A DNA stretch of 64,000 nucleotides from Macrostomum lignano (GCA_002269645.1 NIVC01000433.1:131418-195417), one strand, 5' to 3'; positions 1-13,400 are shown, counted from the stretch's first letter. Notes: a model not told the origin generated them from the letters alone. Translations and numbers: made by a program.

Positions 1-2328
1 CTAGCCATACCTGGCAGACTCAGCTCGAAAGCCAATATGATCATGTTATGTACACAAGCTTATTGATAGCTTAGCCATAAGCTCGCCGCATCAAACTAAA
101 ACTCATAACCTACACAGCTTCGCGATTTCCACAAAGTCAACTCAGACTTTACGAGAGAACAAACAAATATTTGTCGCAGAGCACATTCTTTCCGCCTGAT
201 TAGTGATCCGGCTGCCTTTAATCGTATCAAGCTCTGCCGGGTGTAAGTCGTGTTTATTCGTGTATATTTCATTTTCTCATTTATTTGCTAATCAGGGGTT
301 TTGGTGATCATGAAGTTTGGGGGATTGCTGCAAAGAGGTTCAAATGGTCAGTTGTTTTTTAAGATTAAAAAACTTTGTTTTATAATTTACAGAAGTTTAA
401 TTTTTTCAATTCGCGTTTGCTTATCGATTATAACAAAACTGTGTAAAATTTCGAAATCTAAATTTTCGATGGTCGAAGGTTTTTGCTCAGTACAAGTATA
501 GCTAACTCAAAAACAATGTTTGGTAAGTTCGCATCGACGATAGGAATTGTTTTGTCGATGTTTGTCTACGACGCGTCAAACTCTCTAGTAGGAAATTGGC
601 AACCTTTGACAAGGGGCCTTGAAATCGGTTTCGACAGGGCACGAAAAGGTAGCTCGATCGTTGACATGTGAATTTTAGATAAACGGGAAGCCAAACTTCC
701 GTGAGAATTTTACAAGCAGGAATTGACAGATTCTCTTTCAATACGTGAACAAGTGCCGTACCACTACCCCTGTTGCAATTCCATTCAGCGAATTTACAAT
801 TTCAGCTGCTGGTTTCTTGCTAAAATGAACCGTGGTTGCATGAATGTAATCCTTTTATGCTTAGTCCTTCTAACGAATTTGTTGGTATAGATCCGACAGA
901 AGTAAAGACGTGTCATTTCGAGGTGTGTGTGACGTATAATGTGGCGGCCTCGAGAATGATCGGCGAAGGCAAATAAATACGGCAGAGGCAATTTTGTAGC
1001 GGTAGCACTTGGCAATAATATCGGCTAATGCGATCAATGGCCGCAGACTTTATTTATAGTTACGTTGTTATTGTCAACAGAGACAGGTCAAAGTACTAGT
1101 TGGATTCGTAACGATGCACTGGCGGCTACACAACAATGAGTTAGATAGTAGAAGGCAGTGTGGTTCGATGAGTTGAGGCAGTGGCGACGAGGTGATGGCG
1201 GTGAACGTACGGTGGCGGTGCTCGTAGTGAGAGCTCGAACAGACAGTAGGAGTGGCGTGACTGAGAGTGGCAGAGGCGTGGCCTAGGGCCGTGGCGTAGT
1301 GAGGCAGGAAGAGGGCAACCAAACAAGAGTGCCGGGCGGCAAGGGTCTACAGGCAGGGACGCAAAGCCAGGATCCGAGAAGGTTAGCCCCGAGCGCACGG
1401 CCAGACAAAACTGATGAGGAGCGGGCTGGGGGTGGGTGCGCGAGGAGAACTTAGTATAATTAATGCGCGGCTTTTCTATTGGCCGGCTGGGAAAAACAGA
1501 AAACAGAATTATCGATCGCGCTGTACGTAGGCTTTACAAATGTACGCAGACTGATTAAAATTCTTTGGGCACTACTTTAAGCAGACGTGAGAGTACAAAA
1601 CCAACAATATTATAGATTCGTACCGTATGTCAAAACGGCCCTTGGCGGGGCTACTTAAACTGACAACGTCACATGTGGATGAGGTTTCATTTCGGAATGG
1701 GGATAACGCTTCATTTCGGGGATGTGGATGACGCGTCATTTCGAGGATGTGGATGCCGTGTCATTTCTCGATTGTGGATAAATTGTCATTTCTAGGTTGT
1801 GGATGTACTATTTCGAGGATGTGGAAGACGTTTCATTTCGAGGATGTAATTGCTGTTTTGAGAATGTGATTTTTAATCAACCCAGAACGAGCGATCATGC
1901 AGGAGCGTTAATAATCTCCTGGTCTAACAGAGTGAGATTTCTAACGAGTATTTCGTGACAGTGGATCAAGGACCACTGAAGTGTTTCCACATTTTGCCAA
2001 TAATTTTACAAAATAGGTGTCAGCTGCTGATTGTAGAAAATTCTGTTTAAGTTCGTGATTTAAAAGGGCGTGTGATGATTGCCTAAAAAAGACTGCAAAA
2101 GGTCGCCAGACAGACGAAGGAACGAAGTAATCCTAAATCGGTATTAAGCCTCTGTAGCCTCAAGCTCAGACTAAATCAAATTCTAGAAGAACAGCTCTAA
2201 AAGTCTTCTGGGATTTACCCAGTCTAATCAAGCCCAAGACTTATTGTTCAAGGACACACAGGCTCTGAGGCAGTGCAAGTGCAAGCTAGCTGGGAATTAT
2301 TGAGGACCCACTGCTGCTGTCTCAGGGC

Positions 2329-2635
2329 TCAACCTTTTATCACTTTGTAAAGCATTTGATAAGTGGCCATTTGGTTCCTCGTATTAGGCTGCTGGTGCTG
2401 CCTACGACATGAAGAATATATTTAATAAAAGAATTCGATGCAAGGATTTCGCTCTGGTGTCCCATTACTGATAAGCAGAACTCACCCTCTGAATCTCCGG
2501 CACGATCCAGCGTAGCTATAGAACACTTCCTTGAAGCATTTTTCTTCTCTTGGCCTCACTGACCGGCAGTCGGAAGAGAGTGGAAGGTCAGACAGCAGCC
2601 ATCGCTTCAAGGAACGGAAAGAAGACCAATCTTTC
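2329..2635 (-). CDS. Candidate two-exon fragment of an unknown gene (exons 2635-2486 and 2401-2329)
   Basis: Pyrimidine-rich acceptor TTCTCCCCGCAG, a 150-nt open exon (phase 2 to 2), donor GTGAGT, a short AT-rich intron ending TCGTAG, then an in-frame second exon. Product RKDWSSFRSLKRWLL...MATYQMLYKVIKG has no recognisable domain. Confidence 0.35.
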
Positions 2636-3238
2636 CTGCGGGGAGAATAAGGGCAGGGGCATTGGGACAATTCAGATGCCGGCCCTTAATAATCGATCAT
2701 AATAAATTTGGTGCGCCCTCGCTTATCTCAATTCCAGCTGTTGTGTGCAAGCGAGTGCAGCCAGGCGTGCAATGAGATTATTTTTTTGAGTCAGGAACAG
2801 CCAAGTGCACAGAGGTCAGCCGCCGCGGCCATTGATTAATAACAGTAGTTTCTAAAGTATTCGGGATAAAAACTGTCTGTTATTATTTGAACTCTGATAC
2901 ATGTAAGCAAGTTAAAAAATAATAAACTATAGTACATTGGATAGCCGTTTTCTTGAAGTTAAAACTAGACAAATTGTTTTATTAGTGGTCGATACGCTGT
3001 TTTTCTGGAAAAAAGTCGGTAACTATTCAGCAAATACGCCCACACTGAGTTGTTCATTCGCTGTCCCATCGGCGGTTCTCATTGGTTTGGCCAGGCCTCA
3101 GAAGATTTCCAGATTGGCACAGGAGGGAGCTGCAAAATTAGCAGATAACATGGAAGGATGATAGATAAAGCTCATCGCCCGAGCTGACTGGCACAGAAAC
3201 TGTAAGCCATCAAACTATATAGCCGTCTTAGCACAGAA

Positions 3239-4546
3239 ATGGCCTGCTTCAACGCCTCCTTGGAGAGCTTAAAACGCCTTAGCGATGGAAGATTGTTTTT
3301 AAAACTTTTCGTCTGCACCATTATGAGTTTGGTAACCATAGCAACAATTACCGGCAATATTCTCGTAATAGCGTCGGTTATTAACTTTCGTCGTCTCCGA
3401 TCGCGAATCTGTTTTCACCTGCTGGCTTCGTTGGCTTCTGCCGACATCGCCATAGCCATTCTGGTGATGCCCTACTCCACCCTTTACCACATGCTCGGCT
3501 GCTGGCCCTTGGGCGACGCATTCTGCAAGTTCTACCTGTCCTCCGACATCATGTGCTGCACCTCTAGCATCCTTCATCTGTGCCTCATCAGTCTAGACAG
3601 ATACATCGCTGTCACCAACCCGTTGCACTACAAAGCTCTCGTTCGACCGCGCCGAATCTGGACAATGGTGGCAGCCGTTTGGATCATCAGCGTCGGCCTG
3701 AGCTTCGGTCCCGTCTTTTCCGGCTCGTTCGGCCTCACCCTGCCGGACCGAAATGCCACGGTAGCTGCGTCCACCACCGCCCAGGCCTCATGCCGCATGG
3801 ATGTCAATCAAGTCTACGCGGTGGTCTCCGCTCTGACGTCATTCTTCCTGCCCCTCGTGGTGATGACCATCGCCTACGTTCGAGTCCACCGGATCGCCAC
3901 TGCGCACACGGAGAGCGTTCGACGCCGTAAAGCGATCGCGTCGCTGTCCAGATCGAGCGGCGACCAGTCGGCCACTGGCGGCGTCAGGAGCCTCGTGCCG
4001 CAGAGCCTGCGAATGAGCAACAGCGAGACCAAGGCCACGAAGACTCTGGGCCTCATCCTTGGCTGTTTCTACGCCTGCTGGCTGCCGTTTTTCCTGCTCT
4101 ACGTGGCCTGCCCGTTCGTTAGCGACAGGTGCGCGTCTCTGCCCACCTGGCTGATGCCCCTAGTGACGTGGATTGGCTACGCGAACTCCGGCGTCAATCC
4201 GGTGGTTTACTGCTCAAATCAGCGCGAGTTCCGCCTGGCCTACCTGCGCCTGCTCGGCTGCCGGAAGGAATCCGACCTGCAGTATCTGCGATCCGAGCGC
4301 AACACCATCAGCCTGTGCCGTCGGGCCAACGACTACCAGCTTAGCAGCCAGCTTAGCAACAATGTCCAAGCGAGAATTGAGCGAGTTGTAAACCCGAGAG
4401 CAGGTGAAAATTGCTTAGGCCTGAGCGATGGCCGTAGTCTAGGCGACATGCCGCTAACAGATATTGTTTGCAACGATCCGGAAGTTGAAATGTCTCAATC
4501 TGAGCAATCGTCGTCTGTGCATCAGTTTAAAGACGGAGAAGTTTAG
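3239..4546 (+). CDS. Intronless class A biogenic-amine GPCR (beta-adrenergic-like octopamine or D1-like receptor), 435 aa
   Basis: Seven hydrophobic helices. TM1 GN, TM2 LASAD, TM3 Asp in DIMCCTSSIL, DRY, TM5 SALTSFFLP, TM6 CWLPFF, TM7 WIGYANSGVNPVVY. Confidence 0.93.
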   Translation: MACFNASLESLKRLSDGRLFLKLFVCTIMSLVTIATITGNILVIASVINFRRLRSRICFHLLASLASADIAIAILVMPYSTLYHMLGCWPLGDAFCKFYLSSDIMCCTSSILHLCLISLDRYIAVTNPLHYKALVRPRRIWTMVAAVWIISVGLSFGPVFSGSFGLTLPDRNATVAASTTAQASCRMDVNQVYAVVSALTSFFLPLVVMTIAYVRVHRIATAHTESVRRRKAIASLSRSSGDQSATGGVRSLVPQSLRMSNSETKATKTLGLILGCFYACWLPFFLLYVACPFVSDRCASLPTWLMPLVTWIGYANSGVNPVVYCSNQREFRLAYLRLLGCRKESDLQYLRSERNTISLCRRANDYQLSSQLSNNVQARIERVVNPRAGENCLGLSDGRSLGDMPLTDIVCNDPEVEMSQSEQSSSVHQFKDGEV

Positions 4547-4817
4547 TGCAAACTATAAAAGGCAATAAAAATACGTATGTTTCTACTTGTTGAGATAGAC
4601 TAACTATCAATATAAATAAATGGTTGAGGCAAATAAACAATCGCTTTGAATTCGATGCCAGTGCATTTTTGAATATTTTTTTTGCAAAATTGGAGCATAA
4701 ATTCTGTTATATAAAGTAGCTCTAAATGAAATACGAGCGTATTGGAGCTGAAAAATATTTAAATGAAAGTTATGCATATAATTGTTTATTTCTCGGGTAA
4801 ATTACCAGTTCTACATT

Positions 4818-5435
4818 AGTTAAATCACCGGTTCTCCATTGAGCAAATCACCGGTTCCCCATTGGGTAAATCACCGGTTCTCCATTGAGCAAATCACCGG
4901 TTCCCCATTGGGTAAATCACCGGTTCTCCATTGAGCAAATCACCGGTTCCCCATTGGGTAAATCACCGGTTCTCCATTGAGCAAATCACCGGTTCTCCAT
5001 TGGGTAAATCACCGGTTCTCCATTGAGTAAATCACCGGTTCTCCATTGGGCAAATCACCGGTTCTCCATTAGGCAAATCACCGGTTCTCCATTTGAGTAA
5101 ATCACCGGTTCTCCATTTGATAAATCACCGGTTCTCCATTGGGAAAATCACCGGTTCTCCATTGGGTAAATCACCGGTTCTCCATTTGAGTAAATCACCG
5201 GTTCTCCATTTGAGTAAATCACCGGTTCTCCATTTGATAAATCACCGGTTCTCCATTTGATAAATCACCGGTTCTCCATTTGATAAATCACCGGTTCTCC
5301 ATTTGATAAATCACCGGTTCTCCATTTGAGTAAATCACCGGTTCTCCATTTGAGTAAATCACCGGTTCTCCATTTGATAAATCACCGGTTCTCCATTTGA
5401 TAAATCACCGGTTCTCCATTTGATAAATCACCGGT
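4818..5435. repeat. 23-24 bp minisatellite (AAATCACCGGTTCTCCATTGAGC), about 26 copies
   Basis: Direct tandem repetition with palindromic ACCGGT core. Confidence 0.95.
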
Positions 5436-7419
5436 GTTAAAAAGCTGCAGTGTGCTTGGATAATTTTTCACCAAAATCACTAGCTGTCATCCTACCTTTG
5501 AACAATATTAGTCAGTTGTTTAGGTAAGTCAGACCTTCCTGAGATTCCTTCAGTCTTCAACTGGGTTCATTTCCGTTTGGAAATCAGCCCTGATCTTAGC
5601 CAGCAAATTCTGAAATATTCGCTCAACTGAGCCAAAATGAATGAAAGAACAGTATTAATTTCCTTCTTTACCATAACTGGGAACCGATTTAGAAATAATT
5701 AATTAGACGTACAAGCAAAAGTACAATTGCATAACTTGTTTAAATATGAAATAACGTTTACGAAGCTTTCAAAGAATAATAGGTAATACGCCAAAAAAAG
5801 AACTTGTTCTCTGAATCTTAATTAGAGTACTAATGATATCAAGATGACGACTGAATGCTTGGGAGACCTGCTGAGGATGTTCAACAGTCGAGGCTTGATC
5901 AGCGAAACTCCAGAAATTTGCAACAGGGTGTCCATAGTCACCTGGCGCCACCTGTTGAAGGTCCAGAAGCTCCGCCTAAGTGAAGGCCAGTTTGTTCGCC
6001 TGTGGCCCATCTAGTAGTATAGTATTCCCTACTATTCTTAATATTAGGCTATGCACGTCTACTGTATTCAGTAACGGACAATGACCAAGCCAGTCTGTTT
6101 TGACTTCCGACTGCGTTATTTTCTGACTGATTATAGTTTTCTATACATGTTCAGTGTCGATTAATAGCAAAGCTGAGCATTAATCGTTTTTACTCGAGAC
6201 AACAAACTTCTGAGCAACCCAGTGAAAGAATTTTTAGTTTTCATGCAGCCAATCAAGAGATATTGACTTTTGAGTTTTGGCCTCCAGCCAATTTTACACG
6301 ATTTTACACGAGTGTAGCGTCAATTTCTACTCTAGTTGTCCATAGCGTTGCTCCGCTCCAGCGCATCAAAAAAATTGTCAGGGGGGGGGGATTTCTTCCT
6401 TTCTAACGGTTAAGGCGCTTGAACACGGAAGTCCAGAATGTGATTTAGTGCTAGAGCAACCCCCCAGCGCACAGGTGAGCATGCATTATTAAGATTATTA
6501 TATAGGCTTGTTTAAACAAATCCTAGAGTTAGATAAAGCTATCTGCAGTGTAACATATAGCCGGAGTTCGATAAAGGCTGATTTCAATACTCGTAACTGG
6601 TAAACACTCATGGCGTAACCCAATACCGAAAACCGAGCATGTAGTGGTTATTAAACCAGCCGGGCAGAGGTCTCTCAGAGACCTTCAGGCTATGAGTTGA
6701 CGGATGCTGGGGAAAAAGAGGCTGCACGAGATGATGGAGATTTAATAAGCCACCAACATCTGATGCAGCGTGGCTAATGCGTTATCTGAGCTCATTTTTG
6801 GTCGCCTATAATTAGCTGCGAGCATACATTCCATCTCTGCAGGGTATTGAGATTAGCTTCATTAATAAACAGGATTAGTCGTTATGCAGCACGCAAGCAG
6901 GATAACCTCCTTGTGTGACCTCCATCAGATCCACTGCTATTCGTTTGGACAAGCATTCACTCCCCCCGAATTGATCTTCTTCAGAGTCTCAGCTCAGTTA
7001 TTGACTTACCTGTGTGACAAAGATTACTGCGTGTATCTGTGTGGAATCTTGAGACTAAAGAAGATGGAGAGGGAGAGGGAGGGATAGCTAGTGGGAGAAG
7101 GAGAGAGGGAGGGCACCCCAATCTCAGATGCTGACGCGGTGAAAGGACTGATAAAAGTCAATTTAGTTAATGTTGCCGATATTTCGAGTTAGGCTACTCT
7201 TCATCAGGGCACTATGCGATTAAAATTTATTTGGCGTGAATTGCCGTCAATATTTAAAGGCCATAACGACAGGGACGATCGATAAAGGGAGATTGAGAGT
7301 GCCCAAGCGCATAAAACAGTACACATGGCCAGTACAATAGAGACTCCAAGAATGCAGAGTGGGTGGCTAGATCCTGTGCAAGCGAGCCGGCTAAACGACC
7401 TTAAAGAGAGGGAGGGAGA

Positions 7420-8588
7420 AGCAAGGAGAGCGAGAAGCTGATGGAGAAGGAGGGGGAGAAGGAGAGGGAAAGGGAGAGAGGGAGAGGTGAGAGGAGAGAG
7501 GGAGAGGAGAGAGGGAGAGGAGAGAGGTGAGAGGAGAGAGGGAGAGGAGAGAGGAGAGAGGGAGAGGAGAGAGGTGAGAGGAGAGAGGGAGAGGAGAGAG
7601 GGAGAGGAGAGAGGAGAGAGGAGAGAGGGAGAGGAGAGAGGAGAGAGGAGAGAGGTGAGAGGAGAGAGGAGAGAGGAGAGAGGTGAGAGGAGAGAGGTGA
7701 GAGGAGAGAGGGAGAGGTGAGAGGAGAGAGGTGAGAGGAGAGAGGTGAGAGGAGAGAGGAGAGAGGAGAGAGGTGAGAGGAGAGAGGTGAGAGGAGAGAG
7801 GTGAGAGGAGAGAGGTGAGAGGAGAGAGGAGAGAGGAGAGAGGTGAGAGGAGAGAGGTGAGAGGTGAGAGGAGAGAGGTGAGAGGAGAGAGGTGAGAGGA
7901 GAGAGGAGAGAGGAGAGAGGTGAGAGGAGAGAGGTGAGAGGTGAGAGGTGAGAGGAGAGAGGTGAGAGGAGAGAGGTGAGAGGAGAGAGGTGAGAGGAGA
8001 GAGGTGAGAGGAGAGAGGTGAGAGGAGAGAGGTGAGAGGTGAGAGGAGAGAGGTGAGAGGAGAGAGGTGAGAGGAGAGAGGTGAGAGGAGAGAGGTGAGA
8101 GGAGAGAGGTGAGAGGAGAGAGGTGAGAGGAGAGAGGTGAGAGGTGAGAGGTGAGAGGAGAGAGGTGAGAGGAGAGAGGTGAGAGGAGAGAGGTGAGAGG
8201 AGAGAGGTGAGAGGAGAGAGGTGAGAGGAGAGAGGGAGAGGTGAGAGGAGAGAGGGAGAGGTGAGAGGAGAGAGGGAGAGGTGAGAGGAGAGAGGGAGAG
8301 GTGAGAGGTGAGAGGAGAGAGGTGAGAGGAGAGAGGTGAGAGGAGAGAGGAGAGAGGAGAGAGGTGAGAGGAGAGAGGTGAGAGGTGAGAGGAGAGAGGT
8401 GAGAGGAGAGAGGTGAGAGGAGAGAGGAGAGAGGAGAGAGGTGAGAGGTGAGAGGAGAGAGGTGAGAGGAGAGAGGTGAGAGGAGAGAGGTGAGAGGAGA
8501 GAGGGAGAGGTGAGAGGAGAGAGGGAGAGGTGAGAGGAGAGAGGGAGAGGTGAGAGGAGAGAGGGAGAGGTGAGAGGAGAGAGGGAGA
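7420..8588. repeat. Polypurine low-complexity array (GAGGAGAGAGGT / GAGAG units)
   Basis: About 1.2 kb of nearly pure G/A. The 414-aa L/S/P ORF on the minus strand is an artefact of this repeat. Confidence 0.97.
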
Positions 8589-10470
8589 ATCTGAAATGGC
8601 ACAGCTGAAAAAGCGAGAGAGGCGAGACTGTTCAATCGGTCAGCACGATCTGTCAGTCCACCAGGTACATCGCGGCAGCATCAGGAACGGGTCGGATCTC
8701 CGCCGAGAGAAGATCGAGAGATGAGCCACTCAAGATTGCCTGGCAACAAGCACGTGCCCGAACTCGCGGCTCAGTACGAAAGATGTTTTAACTCGTCGCG
8801 ATTGGCCGCGAGTAGCCAACAGCTCTGCACCAAACGATCGACAACAAAATTATGAAAAAACATGTTTTTCTGCTGGTTTGAATCTCATTTTTTAGCTTCG
8901 ATCCTTCTATAGGCTGGGATTGACTCTCCCCTCGTACTTGAAGACGTGGCTAAGATTTTCGGAGTGCCTTCCCAACAAGCTATTTTTGCCTTGGATGCAA
9001 AATTGACTGCCAAGCCCTGCCTCAGCCTGCTGGCTAGAAAAACTTTGATTAATTTCGCTTCATCTGTGTGCGTAGCCAACAGCAGAATAAAGTGCAACTC
9101 CGTATATCCAGGCCTTTCAAATCAATTTAGATGTTAGTTTTGAGGTGTGATAAGAATTATATTTGCAGTCTCCCATACTAACTGGTTCGAGTCCGTTTGG
9201 CGACGTAAGAGAACGATCTTAGAGTGCGAGTATCTGATCAATTATTGCTCAATACTGTACTCGGTAAATATTGTGTCTTCCTCTTCCACTCAAATAATCA
9301 TGGTTAGTCTCTATGAGCGTATGTCGTGATTGATTTCAGGAAAAAAACGGCTTGACCGATTTTATTGAGACTTGCACAGTTCGATCAGAATTTTTCTGTG
9401 ACGGTACAATGGTACATGTGTCCTGGCTTAGAAATTGCTCAATGCTTAAAGGGATTAGTATAGGAAAAACATGCTTTTTGTAAAGCAGAATCTTAGATTT
9501 TGAAAATGTATTGTGATCATTGTAGAGAGAAAAACTGACTGACTGAATGATGGCTTCAAGACAAAGATTCAAAACTATGATCAGGATTCTGGAAAATGAA
9601 AATTCTAGGAGATGAAGACTCCAGGAGACAGTTGTTCTTAGAAATTGAGATTAAATAATAAATTAAAATTCTAAAAATAGGGATTCTGGTACTTAAATAA
9701 TTACAAAATACAGATTCCAGAAATGAGAGGGCGTATATGTAGCAGTGATTCTACAAAGAAAAAATCTACACAGACCCTACATGCACCGATTTCTTAGAGT
9801 CACCTTGGGCATCAGAAAAACCGCTGGTTCCGAGAATCAACAAATAAAGAGGGTGGCGAAGCGTACAGGACTGTAAAAAACTCAAGTTTAATGCTAATAA
9901 ATTCTCTGTAAACCTACCTCAAAATGGAACACATCCACAGAAGTGAATGCACATTGATGTCCGAAAGTTCTAATTCCAATTAATTCTAATTGCAAGTTCG
10001 GACAGATCGTGATTGAGAAATAATTAACAAATACGTCAAGCCCCCACTTCATCAGCGGTTAATAAGTTCCACGCTCAAACGATTCGTGCTAATTGAGTTC
10101 AAATGAGGACACCTCGTCCACAAAGTCGCATTTTCAAAGAAAAAAGGGGACTCCAAAGAGCCGGTTCTTAAGTTCTTCTCCGCCAGGATGTTATTAAAAC
10201 AAAATCCTTATTTGGCAACTGTCGAGCTCAGTCGAACGTGCGTGCGTCTTATTAGAAAACTATCGACCAAACAACCCGCGACACACAGACAGTCAGGAAT
10301 GTGTAGATAACTTAAATGTTAAATTTGAAAAGGCGCGAAGGTTAGTTTTGTTATAACTGCGCGATGCCGTTCTCAAACTAAACCCAATCGACGCATCGAA
10401 AATGCAGTTGCTCATGTAGCAGAATTTCTCAAGTACATTTTGCTCTTTTTGTTTGAAAAATAGACAGCTC

Positions 10471-13400
10471 CTAAGAGCGCAGAGTGTCCAGAAGAGCTGA
10501 GCAGTTTGGTAGTTCGCCGTCAACTTTTTCCCGGTACGCTTGCAGGATCCCGGATGCCAGCCGGAATGCAGGCAGTTCGCCAACCTGAGCTGCGCTGGAA
10601 CAGTTGAACACCTCGTTGAGCTGCCACTGACGCCACAGATCCTCAGCAGATTCCGAGTTGGTGGCCGAATGTTCGTCAACAAACTTCCAGACTGCCTGCT
10701 TGTGTGCTGACACTGCCGCCTCGTTTGGTAGCGCAGAGTCTACCGACTCCCACGGCAGATGCTTCGGTGACATCAAGCTGCAGGCGATGTACACTAGACT
10801 CTCCAAATCAGCGTAGGGAGCTTCCAGTTTGACGTTCGGAGAAAATCGAACAGCACCGTAGACCAGACTGCGCTCTCGTTCACCCCGATAGATCAGGCAG
10901 TTTCGGGTGAGCGGCTCTGCCGAAGCAAAGTCGGCCAAAAGCATCTCGTCGGATCCGAGCAGTTCGAAACTCGACGGTTGAAGGCAGCCGTGCGACCAGC
11001 CGGAGTTGTGCAGCTGGCCGACTTTGTTCAGCATGTCGCGGCACAGTCTCACTGCTGCTGGCGAGTCCAGGCACTTGACCGATGCTCGGTTGCCGTCTGT
11101 ACAATGGTTGTTTGACAAGGATTGGGAATGGTAAAGCAGCGATGGAGTGTCAGAGATGACAGCTACGGAGTGTCAAGGAAACACAGCGATGGAGTGTCAG
11201 GGAAACACAGCGATGGAGTGTCAGAGAAACACAGCGATGGAGTGTCAGGGATGACAGCTACAGAGTGTCAGAGAAACACAGCGATGGAGTGTCAAGGAAA
11301 CACAGCGATGGAGTGTCAAGGAAACACAGCGATGGAGTGTCAGGGAAACACAGCGATGGAGTGTCAAGGAAACACAGCGATGGAGTGTCAGGGAAACACA
11401 GCAATGGAGTGTCAAGGAACCACAGCGATGGAACATAAGGGAAACACAGCGATGGAGTGTCAAGGAAACACAGCGATGGAGTGTCAAGGAAACACAGCGA
11501 TGGAGTGTCAGAGAAACACAGCGATGGAGTGTCAGGGAAACACAGCGATGGAGTGTCAAGGAACCACAGCGATGGAGCATAAGGGAAACACAGCGATGGA
11601 GTGTCAGGGAAACACAGCGATGGAGTGTCAAGGAACCACAGCGATGGAGCATAAGGGAAACACAGCGATGGAGTGTCAAGGAAACACAGCGATGGAGTGT
11701 CAAGGAAACACAGCGATGGAGTGTCAGGGAAACACAGCGATGGAGTGTCAAGGAAACACAGCGATGGAGTGTCAGGGATGACAGCTACGGAGTGTCAGAG
11801 AAACACAGCGATGGAGTGTCAAGGAAACACAGCGATGGAGTGTCAGAGAAACACAGCGATGGAGTGTCAGGGAAACACAGCAATGGAGTGTCAAGGAAAC
11901 AACGATGGAGTGTCAAGGAAACACAGCGATGGAGTGTCAAGGAAACACAGCGATGGAGTGTCAGGGAAACACAGCGATGGAGTGTCAAGGAAACACAGCG
12001 ATGGAGTGTCAAGGAAACACAGCGATGGAGTGTCAGGGAAACACAGCGATGGAGTGTCAGGGAAACACAGCGATGGAGTGTCAAGGAAACACAGCGATGG
12101 AGTGTCAGGGAAACACAGCGATTAAGTGTCAGGGAAACACAGCGATGGAGTGTCTGGGAAACACAGCGATGGAGTGTCAGAGAAACACAGCGATGGAGTG
12201 TCAGGGATGACAGCTACGGAGTGTCAGAGAAACACAGCGATGGAGTGTCAGAGAAACACAGCGATGGAGTGTCAGAGAAACACAGCGATGGAGTGTCAGG
12301 GAAACACAGCAATGGAGTGTCAAGGAAACAACGATGGAGTGTCAAGGAAACACAGCGATGGAGTGTCAAGGAAACACAGCGATGGAGTGTCAGGGAAACA
12401 CAGCGATGGAGTGTCAAGGAAACACAGCGATGGAGTGTCAGGGATGACAGCTACGGAGTGTCAGAGAAACACAGCGATGGAGTGTCAGGGAACCACAGCG
12501 ATGGAGCATAAGGGAAACACAGCAATGGAGTGTCAAGGAACCACAGCGATGGAGCATAAGGGAAACACAGCGATGGAGTGTCAAGGAAACACAGCGATGG
12601 AGTGTCAAGGAAACACAGCGATGGAGTGTCAAGGAAACACAGCGATGGAGTGTCAAGGAAACACAGCGATGGAACATAAGGGAAACACAGCTACGGAGTG
12701 TCAAGGAAACACAGCGATGGAGTGTCAGGGAAACACAGCAATGGAGTGTCAGGGATAAGAGCTATGGACCATCAGGGAAACACTCGGTGGAGTGTCAGGA
12801 AAGGCAGCTTAGAGGGCACAGCCATAGCAAGCCAAACTCACTAATGACTCTCTGCAGCGAATCTTCAACATACTGACAGAGCAGAAAGTGCTGCCTATGC
12901 AACACCAATTGCCTATCATCATTCTTGTTCTCGGAAACCACTCGCCAACAGTCGTTGCCAAGGCAGCCAAATAGGTAGGGTCGGGGAAACGCCGAAGGAT
13001 CTTGGACGGCTCTGAGAATGGCCCATTCGCGAAGCAGTTGCAGCGGCTCGGCCGGGTGAGCGCGGGCGTGCACTTTTAGCAGCACCTGTTGGCCGCAGCG
13101 CAGGGTTCTGGGGTCCAGGCACTGCAGCATCTGGTTGGGTTGGAACGAGGAAAGAAAAGATTGAGAAATCAACGTTGGAAGAAGTTGGAACTTGCATTGT
13201 TACTGTAAGTAGTGAGCTTGAACTGTAGCATTTTCGGTCTGAACAATGTCGGATGTCGAATGATGTTCCTAGTTATTCAGGTGTATTACTGTTAACAGCC
13301 CTGATTTTGTGCTCTAAGTACCTCTATTGGTGTGTTGTTGAAGCATCAAATGATGTGCTGTTGATGTATCTAATAGTGTGTTGTTGCTGTATCTAATAGT

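Noticed and set aside
1411-1500. Hammerhead ribozyme core CTGATGAG
   Set aside because: No stem II followed by GAAA, and no matching stems I and III could be built.
7391-8635. 414-aa Leu/Ser/Pro ORF
   Set aside because: It is the translation of the GA-rich simple repeat.
8885-9137. Short ORF with KILATSSSTRGESIP resembling a helicase motif V
   Set aside because: Similarity is too weak and no other helicase motifs lie nearby.
9180-9200. GGTTCGAGTCC B-box as a tRNA gene (also 24379 and 62105)
   Set aside because: No acceptor stem, D-arm or anticodon arm could be folded.
11122-12758. Multiple 100-240 aa repeat ORFs as real proteins
   Set aside because: They lie inside a phase-consistent GT-AG intron of the pseudokinase and arise from a stop-poor 24-bp unit.
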